Assembly: GCA_964439805.1 (NCBI GenBank)
Contig: CAYTOI010000002.1
Location: forward strand, 47,489 to 111,488
Length of the DNA: 64,000 nt
Source: an uncultured Pseudomonadales bacterium
GTDB lineage: Bacteria; Patescibacteriota; Microgenomatia; UBA1400; MFAQ01
Direction of reading: 5' to 3'
The notes under the pieces were generated by a model that searched no databases, had not been told where the DNA came from, and worked only from the letters and a program-made list of their open reading frames with translations. Below are positions 48,785-56,766 of the stretch, one piece after another (position 1 is the first letter of the stretch; each line of letters begins with the position of its first letter). Made by a program: the position numbers and the translations under genes.

Positions 48785-48895
48785 GGTAGCCTCCAAGCTA
48801 ACGAAATTAGATTTGAATAGGGAATTCTAGCACAAAACCACCCAAAAATCAACTACTATAGGATCAATGCGAGCCTAATGGGACGGTTTTAGTAC
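48778..48895. repeat. 103-bp promoter/RBS/start module (copy of 49609-49711) plus junction R5
   Basis: About 11 mismatches by eye; TGCGAGCCTAATGGGA-CGGTT-TTAGTAC. Confidence 0.85.
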
Positions 48896-48967
48896 TTTCT
48901 CAGCACGAAATCTTAAAATTTAGCCAATAAAAAGCCCTGAACCAATTATGGTCCAGGGCTTGTTTTC

Positions 48968-49615
48968 CTACTTGTAATTTTCTTCGCTTTCCTGTGTCAA
49001 TAGTTCCGAGAACAACAGCATCTCAATCATTTCTGGATCAGGATCTACACGACACCAACGATCTAAGGTATAACGAACCACCTTTTTTGATACAACGGGC
49101 TTTCCAACCATTTCTGGGGAGCTACCAATTTCCCTGAAAACAAAAGTGGCGTTATCTCTCCACTCAGGATGAGGTTCATGTGCCCACTCAGGATGATCTA
49201 CAAACGGTTGAAGTGCTGGGTAATAAGGGGGAGAGGTCAACGCACGAGCCCTAGCTATTCCAATCACGAATACATCCCTGGAGATGTACAACCCATCTCT
49301 TACCTTTCGGCAGTTGTGGATGTTCATAAGGCGCTGTTCTTCAGAATCAAATACATACTCTACAGCAAATTTCTTTGATAGAAATGCCTTTGCAGAGTCC
49401 ATATTAAAGGGGATCGGGTAGAAGGAAATCAATAATTCCTGAGACAAATGGCGCCGAATTTTTGTCGTATCCATAAGAACCTCAGAATCATTTGTTAATG
49501 AGTATGCAACGGTAATTCCTCCAGACTTATCAGATAAAACGATGTCGGCCTCAAACATGCGGGCTAGATCAATATCTTCTCTGAGATCATTCGAACTTGC
49601 AATAAATATTTTCAA
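48968..49615 (-). CDS. Hypothetical protein (cassette cargo)
   Basis: GGAGG before TTG; terminator at 48931-48966. Confidence 0.7.
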   Translation of the reverse strand: MKIFIASSNDLREDIDLARMFEADIVLSDKSGGITVAYSLTNDSEVLMDTTKIRRHLSQELLISFYPIPFNMDSAKAFLSKKFAVEYVFDSEEQRLMNIHNCRKVRDGLYISRDVFVIGIARARALTSPPYYPALQPFVDHPEWAHEPHPEWRDNATFVFREIGSSPEMVGKPVVSKKVVRYTLDRWCRVDPDPEMIEMLLFSELLTQESEENYK

Positions 49616-49863
49616 GGTAGCCTCCTAGCTAATGAATTTAGATTTGAATGTCCAATTTTAGCACAAAACCATCCAAAAATCAACTACTATAGGATCAATG
49701 CGAGGCTGATGCTTGTCCACCTGTGGCGGAGGAGGATTCACCTTCGGTCGAACTACGTTCGCCTCAGGACCGGTCTCAGCAGGTTCGTTACGAAACTGCT
49801 TCCGACTGTTCGAATCCTATACCAATAAACTAAAAATCTCGGCACAAGGCCGAGACTTTTACT
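49609..49863. repeat. Promoter module copy, tRNA-Asp-derived repeat and terminator
   Basis: TGCGAGGCTGATG direct copy at 49699, palindrome TCCACCTGTGGCGGA, inverted T arm GTTCGAATCC 49808. Confidence 0.75.
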
Positions 49864-49865
49864 TG

Positions 49866-49939
49866 CGAGGCTGATGGGATTCGAACCCACGACCTTCTCC
49901 GTGACAGGGAGACGCGCTAACCAACTGCGCTACAGCCCC
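49866..49939 (-). tRNA. tRNA-Asp(GTC)
   Basis: GGGGCTG/CAGCCTC acceptor stem, G discriminator, TCTCC-CTGTCAC-GGAGA anticodon arm, GTTCGAATCC. Confidence 0.95.
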
Positions 49940-50095
49940 AACAAGCTATATTCTAAGGCCAAAAGACCATATTTGCCATACTAAAATGCGTATTGGCACA
50001 ATTTCTGTTAAAATACCCTTAGTTAAATCATCTTAACTTTTTAATTTGGTTCCCTGGTGATGATGGCCATGGGGTAAGCAAGAAAGGAGCCAGAA

Positions 50096-50377
50096 ATGGC
50101 TGTTCGTTTATACGTAGGGAATCTACCCTACAATATTACTCAATCTAGACTACAGGAGGTATTTTCACCTTTTGGAGCCCTTGGTGAAGTAACTGTTATT
50201 TCAGACAAGTTCTCAGGCAGAAGTAAAGGCTTTGGATTCGTAGAATTCGAAGACGCAGAAGCTGCTAAAAGTGCTATTGAAAAAATGAATGGTGCCGACC
50301 TCGATGGCCGCAACATCATCGTTAATGAAGCTCGACCAAAAGAAGAGCGCCCAGACCGATCATTCGGTGGACGCTAG
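50096..50377 (+). CDS. RRM RNA-binding protein
   Basis: LYVGNL (RNP2), KGFGFVEF (RNP1). Confidence 0.95.
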   Translation: MAVRLYVGNLPYNITQSRLQEVFSPFGALGEVTVISDKFSGRSKGFGFVEFEDAEAAKSAIEKMNGADLDGRNIIVNEARPKEERPDRSFGGR

Positions 50378-50400
50378 TCTCCAATCGATTTAATTATCAC

Positions 50401-50426
50401 AAAAAACCCGCTTAGGCGGGTTTTTT
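50401..50426 (+). terminator. Intrinsic terminator (bidirectional)
   Basis: AAAAAACCCGC-TTAG-GCGGGTTTTTT. Confidence 0.8.
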
Positions 50427-50453
50427 GGTGCTAAAATTTATCCAATACGCTCA

Positions 50454-50732
50454 ATGAACACCTTTTTTAGCCTTTTAATTATTTTTTCTTTAACCTTCTC
50501 CTATTTGATTATTGTATTTAATAGGCTTCAACAAACACTTAATAATCTTAGCCATACCAAAGTAGACATAAAAACTTTCCAAAACAAAACAGATTCTATT
50601 TCTCAAGAAAAATTCATTTATTCCACCAGGGTACAAAAAAACTTAGAACTTGAATTAAGCACTATGCTCAAAAGATCTGACTATCAGCTGATGCTTCACT
50701 TTTTGAAGTCGCACCCAGAAATAAAAAGATAA
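50454..50732 (+). CDS. Membrane-anchored hypothetical protein
   Basis: N-terminal TM. Confidence 0.55.
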   Translation: MNTFFSLLIIFSLTFSYLIIVFNRLQQTLNNLSHTKVDIKTFQNKTDSISQEKFIYSTRVQKNLELELSTMLKRSDYQLMLHFLKSHPEIKR

Positions 50733-50740
50733 GAAAACAA

Positions 50741-52090
50741 ATGATCAGTTTAAAAATTAGTAAGCTCCAAAAAAGCTACAACCAACCACTTTTGGACGAT
50801 ATTACCTTTAACCACGTAGGAGAAGGTGTGGTGGCACTAATTGGTGATAACGGCTGCGGCAAATCAACTTTGTTAAAGATTTTAGCTGGGTTAGATCAGC
50901 AAGATGGGGGAAAGTTTGAGTGGGGAGGAACCCTAAGAATTGGTTACTTGACACAAGAGATTGAAAGTTTACCTACTCTTTCTGGAGGCCAAAAGAAAAT
51001 TAGTTTGCTTGCCGATCTCTTTTATTCTGGCGAATACGACGTGTTACTTCTCGATGAACCAGACAATCATCTGGATATCCAAAACAAACAGTGGCTCGCC
51101 TCAGCTATTAAGGATTTTGGTGGTCTGGTAATAATGATTTCGCACGACCGACATTTGTTGAAACAAATTTCAAACTATACCTGGCTAGTAGAGGATAGAG
51201 AAGTTCGCACCTATCCCTTTGGCTACGGCAAGTTTGTAGTTGAATATCAAAAAGAAACCGAGAGCATGGAAAAGCTTTTTAGTGTTCAAGAAAAAGAACA
51301 CAAGAGACTGGCGGCTCTTGTAGATGTTTTTCGCCAAAGAGCAGCCAGTGGTCCCAAGGCTGCCAGATACTTTCACGCTCTGGAAAAGCGCTTGGCCAGA
51401 TTTGAAGCCGAAATGGTGAACGACCCCAAGAAGAAAGATGTCAAAATTCTTCTCAATACCAAAACTTCTAGCAAGCAAATAAAAAACAAGCTTTCTGTGT
51501 TGGTCAGAAACTTAAGCTTTTCTTATGGAGAAACAGAAATCTTCAAAGACGCCGACTTTTTTATGGAAGTAGGGGATAAGGTAGCACTTGTTTCACCCAA
51601 TGGCACTGGAAAATCTACTTTAATAAAACTAATTTTAGGATTTCTCAGCCCTGATCAGGGTACAGCAAGAGTCGGCGAAAATCTTAAAGTTGGTTATTAC
51701 TCTCAAGAACACTTGGAAACACTTCCTGCAGAAGGCACTCCAATATCTGTCTTTACTAGCCGCTTCCCCATAGCCGACTACGATGCTGCTGCAGTTTTGA
51801 AAAAGTTTTATTTCAGCAAGCAAACAATAAAGTCAAAAATTTGGACGCTCTCTGGTGGCCAAAAAGCAAGATTGCAATTGGCTCTTTTTCTCTATACCAA
51901 CCCCGACGTTTTAATTTTGGACGAGCCAACTAACCATTTGGACATTCGTTCCGTTACTGCCCTGGAGGAATTTTTGGTGGACTACGCGGGCTCCATTTTG
52001 CTCATTTCTCACGACCACGATCTCCTAAACACTGTTTGCGACGTGGCCTACGCTGTAAAAAATCAAAAAATCACCCTAACTGAAATTTAG
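50741..52090 (+). CDS. ABC-F family ATPase
   Basis: Two NBDs (GDNGCGKS, SPNGTGKS; LSGGQ; DEPxNHLD), no TMs. Confidence 0.92.
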   Translation: MISLKISKLQKSYNQPLLDDITFNHVGEGVVALIGDNGCGKSTLLKILAGLDQQDGGKFEWGGTLRIGYLTQEIESLPTLSGGQKKISLLADLFYSGEYDVLLLDEPDNHLDIQNKQWLASAIKDFGGLVIMISHDRHLLKQISNYTWLVEDREVRTYPFGYGKFVVEYQKETESMEKLFSVQEKEHKRLAALVDVFRQRAASGPKAARYFHALEKRLARFEAEMVNDPKKKDVKILLNTKTSSKQIKNKLSVLVRNLSFSYGETEIFKDADFFMEVGDKVALVSPNGTGKSTLIKLILGFLSPDQGTARVGENLKVGYYSQEHLETLPAEGTPISVFTSRFPIADYDAAAVLKKFYFSKQTIKSKIWTLSGGQKARLQLALFLYTNPDVLILDEPTNHLDIRSVTALEEFLVDYAGSILLISHDHDLLNTVCDVAYAVKNQKITLTEI

Positions 52091-52107
52091 TCTGATAAAA
52101 TTGGTCT

Positions 52108-52416
52108 GTGTCCAAAGTAATCGTCACTGCAGATGAGGTCAAAAAAATAGCCAAGCTGGCTAGCCTTACCCTGCAAAACAACCAAGAGGATCTCTTTGCT
52201 GAGCAGTTCACCGACACCCTCGAAGTAGTCAAAAAACTAGATCAGCTCGACACTACAGTAGTTACCGGCACTTACCAAGTAAACTCCTTGCAAAACGTTA
52301 CCCGAGAAGATGTTGTCGACTCAGAAAGAATTCTTCCCCAATCAGTAGCCATAAGAGAGGCAAAAATTACCTACAATGGTTATTTTGTCGTTCCTCGCCT
52401 TATCGATAACTCATGA
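52108..52416 (+). CDS. gatC: Asp/Glu-tRNA amidotransferase subunit C
   Basis: VKKIAKLA, TRED, GYFVVPR. Confidence 0.9.
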   Translation: MSKVIVTADEVKKIAKLASLTLQNNQEDLFAEQFTDTLEVVKKLDQLDTTVVTGTYQVNSLQNVTREDVVDSERILPQSVAIREAKITYNGYFVVPRLIDNS

Positions 52417-53837
52417 AAGAACTTCACCAACTAACAATCAAAGAAATCCACAAAGGGTACTCCGAAGGAAATTTTACTTGCGAACAACTTGTTCGCCATT
52501 TTCTTGCCCGGATAGAAAAATATAATTCCAAACTGAATATTTATTTGAGCCTAAACAAAAATGCTTTAAACGAAGCCGTAAAAGTTGACTTGGAAATAAA
52601 AGAAAACGGAATCACCAAACCTCTTCAAGGAATTCCCTTTGCTGTCAAAGATAACTTTTTGACGGTAGGAATGGAAACAACTGCTAGTAGTAATGTTCTT
52701 AAAGGCTACTTCCCCCAATACGAGTCTACGGTAACAAAAAAAATTCTCGATGCCGGTGCCATTATCTTGGGCAAAACCAATATGGACTCTTTTGCCCATG
52801 GAAGTAGTACCGAAACTTCTGACTTCGGACCAACTCTTAACCCTTGGAACCCTGAACACCTTCCTGGTGGCTCTTCCGGTGGATCGACAGCTGCAATTTC
52901 TGCAGAGCTGGCTATAGCAGCCCTAGGATCCGAAACAGCCGGCTCTATTCGCCAACCCTCCGCTTGGGTAGGAGTTACCGGCTTCAAACCCACCTACGGC
53001 CGTTCTAGCCGCTACGGTGTTATCTCTATGGCTAGCTCTACAGACACTCCTGGCCCCATAGCCAAAAACGTCGAAGACTGCGCTATTGTCACCGAAGTTA
53101 TAGCCGGGAAGGACAACAAAGACGCCACCAGCTCACCCAAAGAAGTATTGGACTATTCCAAGTTGCTAAACAAAAAAGATCTTAAAGGTGTAAGAGTAGG
53201 GCTTATTTCTGAATACTTATTAAATGACATGTCCGAAGAGGTAAAAACTTTAATAAAAAATGCAGCAGAAAAATTTAAATCCCTTGGCGCTACCGTAGAA
53301 AATGTTTCCTTAATGGACCCCCAATACTCAATTGGAGTTTATACCGTACTTCAGCGATCTGAAGTGAGTTCTAACCTTGCCCGTTTCGACGGCATTCGTT
53401 TTGGTCACCCCAGAACTGTCTTTAATGAAGAAAACAAACGAAGAATAATGCTCGGAACATATACTCTTTCAGCAGGTTACTACGATGCCTTTTACAAAAA
53501 GTCACTTGCGGTAAGAACTCAAATAATCGAAGATTTTGCCAAAGCATTTGAATCATTTGATGTTTTGATTGGTGCTGTTTCCCCGGGGCCAGCTCTCAAA
53601 ATTGGCGCCAGTAAAAACCAACCCATGTTTGGAGAGATGGAAGATGTCCTGGTAGAGGCCAGCTCAATTGCCGGACTAACTAGTATTTCTGTCCCTTGTG
53701 GTTTTGTAGACGATCTTCCCATTGGTCTGCAGATTACCGGTAATCATTTTGAGGAAGAAAAAGTATTGTCTATAGCCAAAGTATTTCAAGATTCTACTGA
53801 TTTTGTTAAGTTCCCAGATTTAGAAAAAACCTTATGA
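52413..53837 (+). CDS. gatA: Asp/Glu-tRNA amidotransferase subunit A
   Basis: GKTNMD.FA, PGGSSGGS, GSIRQP, KRRIMLGT. Confidence 0.96.
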   Translation: MKELHQLTIKEIHKGYSEGNFTCEQLVRHFLARIEKYNSKLNIYLSLNKNALNEAVKVDLEIKENGITKPLQGIPFAVKDNFLTVGMETTASSNVLKGYFPQYESTVTKKILDAGAIILGKTNMDSFAHGSSTETSDFGPTLNPWNPEHLPGGSSGGSTAAISAELAIAALGSETAGSIRQPSAWVGVTGFKPTYGRSSRYGVISMASSTDTPGPIAKNVEDCAIVTEVIAGKDNKDATSSPKEVLDYSKLLNKKDLKGVRVGLISEYLLNDMSEEVKTLIKNAAEKFKSLGATVENVSLMDPQYSIGVYTVLQRSEVSSNLARFDGIRFGHPRTVFNEENKRRIMLGTYTLSAGYYDAFYKKSLAVRTQIIEDFAKAFESFDVLIGAVSPGPALKIGASKNQPMFGEMEDVLVEASSIAGLTSISVPCGFVDDLPIGLQITGNHFEEEKVLSIAKVFQDSTDFVKFPDLEKTL

Positions 53838-55150
53838 CCATCACACCTTTAATCGGCCTCGAAGTCCATGTAGAGCTAGAAACAAAATCCAAAATGTTTT
53901 GTGGTTGTCCTGCAGATCATTTTGGCAAAGAACCAAATACTCAAACCTGTCCAGTGTGTCTTGGCCTTCCTGGTGCTCTGCCAGTACCAAACAAAAAAGC
54001 CATTGAAAGTTGTATTCAAATTGGCTTGGCTCTAAACTGTGAAATAAACAAAAACAGTAAGTTCGATAGAAAACAATATTTTTACCCAGACCTTTCCAAA
54101 GGGTATCAAATAAGTCAGTACGATGAACCATTTTGCTCCGAAGGCTTTATTCATTTGGATTCCGGTAAAAAAATTGGCATCGAAAGAGTCCATCAAGAAG
54201 AAGATACCGGCAAACTTCAGCACACTATCTTAGAAGGAGAAAAAGTCAGTCTTGTAGACTTCAACAGATCCGGTGTTCCACTAGTAGAAATTGTTTCCAA
54301 GCCAGACATGAGCTCTAGTGAAGAAGCAAAAGAGTACCTCAAAAAAATTCACGAAATAATCAGAGCCTTGGGTGTTTCTAGCGCCGATATGGACAAGGGT
54401 CAAATGAGACTAGAACCAACAGTAAACGCCAAAATTGAAAAAGATGGTGAGACTTTCTACACTCCACTGGCAGAAATAAAAAACATCAACTCCTTTAACT
54501 TTGTTGCCTCAGCAATTGAGTTTGAGGTTAAACGCCAAGTGAAAGAATGGGAAGAAACAGGAGTGGTAAAAACAGCAACCAACAAAACTACCAGGGGCTA
54601 CGACTCGGTCAAAAAAGTAACCTTTTTGCAAAGAACCAAAGAAGAGGCCAAGGACTATAGATACTTCCCGGAGCCAGACATTCCACCCTTTGTCATAGAA
54701 AAAGATTATGTTGAAAAGCTTCGATCTGAACTTCCCAAACTTCCCGCAGAAATTATTTCAGATTTGGAGTCACTTGGTGTAGAAAATAAATACGCCAAAA
54801 TAATTGCCTCAAGCGAAGAATTGCTTTCCATAATTAGCTTGTTTAAAAACGACACTGAGATAGAAACTAGTAAGCTCGCAAGTGCTCTAGTAAATAAAAA
54901 AATCCGCACCGAAGACGACATCAAAGCGCAGTACCTCACAATCACCAAGGTGGGCAACACCAATACAGACGAACTAAAATCAATTGTCATGAAGATTGTA
55001 GAAGCCAACCCTGGCCCAGTGGCGGAATACAAAAAAGGCAAAACCAATATCGCTGGCTTCTTTGTCGGCCAGGCCATGAAAGAATCAAAAGGAACGGCTT
55101 CTCCACAGGTATTAGCCGAAATCGTGGCTAAATTGCTCTCAGAAATTTAA
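53834..55150 (+). CDS. gatB: Asp/Glu-tRNA amidotransferase subunit B
   Basis: IGLEVHVEL, FDRK.YFYPD, DFNRSGVPL, DYRYFPEPD. Confidence 0.96.
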   Translation: MTITPLIGLEVHVELETKSKMFCGCPADHFGKEPNTQTCPVCLGLPGALPVPNKKAIESCIQIGLALNCEINKNSKFDRKQYFYPDLSKGYQISQYDEPFCSEGFIHLDSGKKIGIERVHQEEDTGKLQHTILEGEKVSLVDFNRSGVPLVEIVSKPDMSSSEEAKEYLKKIHEIIRALGVSSADMDKGQMRLEPTVNAKIEKDGETFYTPLAEIKNINSFNFVASAIEFEVKRQVKEWEETGVVKTATNKTTRGYDSVKKVTFLQRTKEEAKDYRYFPEPDIPPFVIEKDYVEKLRSELPKLPAEIISDLESLGVENKYAKIIASSEELLSIISLFKNDTEIETSKLASALVNKKIRTEDDIKAQYLTITKVGNTNTDELKSIVMKIVEANPGPVAEYKKGKTNIAGFFVGQAMKESKGTASPQVLAEIVAKLLSEI

Positions 55151-55240
55151 CCCATAATAAAGTAAATTGGTTGTTGACAATATCCGATAAAAATTTGCTA
55201 TAATATCTAAGCAAGTTAAAATCTTTTTTAGGAGTGTAGA

Positions 55241-55570
55241 ATGCCAGGAAAAAAGCCAATTCCAATTAAGACAGAAACACTGATCGAGCTTTACCGTGGG
55301 AAAGTAGCACCGTTTAAATCCGATAATGAAATCAACCAGCTCGGAGCTCAGATTACTCAGATCAAAAATTTCTCTCACACAAACACGGCGCATCAGCTGG
55401 CTCTTCAAGCTATTCTTGGGAAGCAGTGCGAATGGCTTATTTGTCTGGGCTTCAATCGTAAAGATTATGATGCCTGGATGGACAATTTGAAGGAGAATCA
55501 CGGCGAAACTCAGCTTATTACCCCCGCTGATCCGCAACCAGAAGAAGAAACTTCGGAAGTTCTTGCTTAA
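55241..55570 (+). CDS. Hypothetical protein
   Basis: AGGAG SD; terminator at 55603-55630. Confidence 0.65.
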   Translation: MPGKKPIPIKTETLIELYRGKVAPFKSDNEINQLGAQITQIKNFSHTNTAHQLALQAILGKQCEWLICLGFNRKDYDAWMDNLKENHGETQLITPADPQPEEETSEVLA

Positions 55571-55629
55571 CTCCTAATCTATAGATATCTTAATAAAACC
55601 GAAGGGCTCTCATTGCGAGAGTCCTTTTT

Positions 55630-55932
55630 TTATGCCAAAAATTTCTTCAAGTCAATTTTCATGCCCACAATTTCTACACCTTCATTTCTGAGCAATACAA
55701 TTTTTCTGGCCACTTCTTCCCCAGCTTGTTTCCCCATAAACCCTCCCACAGACCCATCACTCTTAACTACTCTATGACATGGTACTTCTGGTGCATAAGG
55801 ATTATTTTTTAGTGCGCTTCCTACTGCTCTATACGCTTTGGTTCCCAGAGATTCTGCTAGTTTTTTGTATGTCGTTACCTTACCCTTTGGCACTTTTCTT
55901 AGCTCTTCATAAACTCTTTCCGTAAAGGTCAT
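55630..55932 (-). CDS. Methylated-DNA-protein cysteine methyltransferase (MGMT domain)
   Basis: VPKGKVTTY, RAVG, PCHRVV. Confidence 0.92.
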   Translation of the reverse strand: MTFTERVYEELRKVPKGKVTTYKKLAESLGTKAYRAVGSALKNNPYAPEVPCHRVVKSDGSVGGFMGKQAGEEVARKIVLLRNEGVEIVGMKIDLKKFLA

Positions 55933-55954
55933 TTTTTTAATATATCATTAAATT

Positions 55955-56728
55955 GTGAACATCCCAAAAATCGGACTTGGAACATGGAATATCAAAACAG
56001 ATGACTTGGTAAATATAATTCCTGAAGCTATAAAACTAGGCTATAGACATTTTGATACCGCCAGAAAATATAGCAACGAAGAGGGAGTCGGAGAGGGGAT
56101 TAGAAAATCAGGAATTGCTAGAAAAGATGTTTTTATTACCACCAAACTTTGGATCACTGATTTTCTAAGAACAAAAAACGCCTTTGAGGCAAGTCTGGAA
56201 AGACTGCAAATGGATTATGTCGATCTTTATATTATTCACTGGCCATTCCCCTTCTGGACCAAAGCTTGGGTAGAGCTAGAAAAAATTTATAAATCTGGCA
56301 AGGCCAAAAATATAGGAGTGAGTAACTTCGGTATCAAAGATCTCGAGTTTATAAAAAATCACTATAAAATTATTCCTGCCGTAAACCAAATAGAGTTCAG
56401 CCCTTTCTTTTACAAAAAAGAGTTAATTGAGTACTGCCAAAAAGAGGGAATTCAGGTGGAGGCATACAGTCCGCTAACTAGGGGATACCGACTAGATGAT
56501 CCCAAAATTCAAGTAATTGCCGATAAGTACCAAAGAACTATTCCTCAAATATTACTTGCTTGGTGTCTGCATCATAATCTTGTCATCCTCCCAAAATCCA
56601 CCACCAAAGAACATCTTAAAGAGAACTTTGAATCTCAAAATATTAAGCTATTAAAGCCTGACATGGAGTACCTAGACTCACTTAACGAAAACTACTCCGC
56701 CCTCAGTACCTTTTGGAGTAAAAAGTAG
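55955..56728 (+). CDS. Aldo/keto reductase
   Basis: GLGTW, GYRHFDTA..Y, DLYIIHWP, IGVSNF, LPKS. Confidence 0.95.
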   Translation: MNIPKIGLGTWNIKTDDLVNIIPEAIKLGYRHFDTARKYSNEEGVGEGIRKSGIARKDVFITTKLWITDFLRTKNAFEASLERLQMDYVDLYIIHWPFPFWTKAWVELEKIYKSGKAKNIGVSNFGIKDLEFIKNHYKIIPAVNQIEFSPFFYKKELIEYCQKEGIQVEAYSPLTRGYRLDDPKIQVIADKYQRTIPQILLAWCLHHNLVILPKSTTKEHLKENFESQNIKLLKPDMEYLDSLNENYSALSTFWSKK

Positions 56729-56766
56729 GTGTATTTAGCTGTTTCAATTGGTAAGATAAAACTGCA

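Larger units (their letters stand above)
43743..49886. mobile_element. Array of five integrase-less cassettes at the tRNA-Asp 3' end
   Basis: 28-nt att-like junctions at 43743, 45418, 45954, 48075, 48868, related to tRNA 49864-49886. Confidence 0.72.

Noticed and set aside
43743-48895. Junction repeats as a CRISPR array or classical integron attC sites
   Set aside because: Spacing is 0.5-2.1 kb and irregular, the repeats derive from the tRNA, there are no RYYYAAC/GTTRRRY palindromes and no intI
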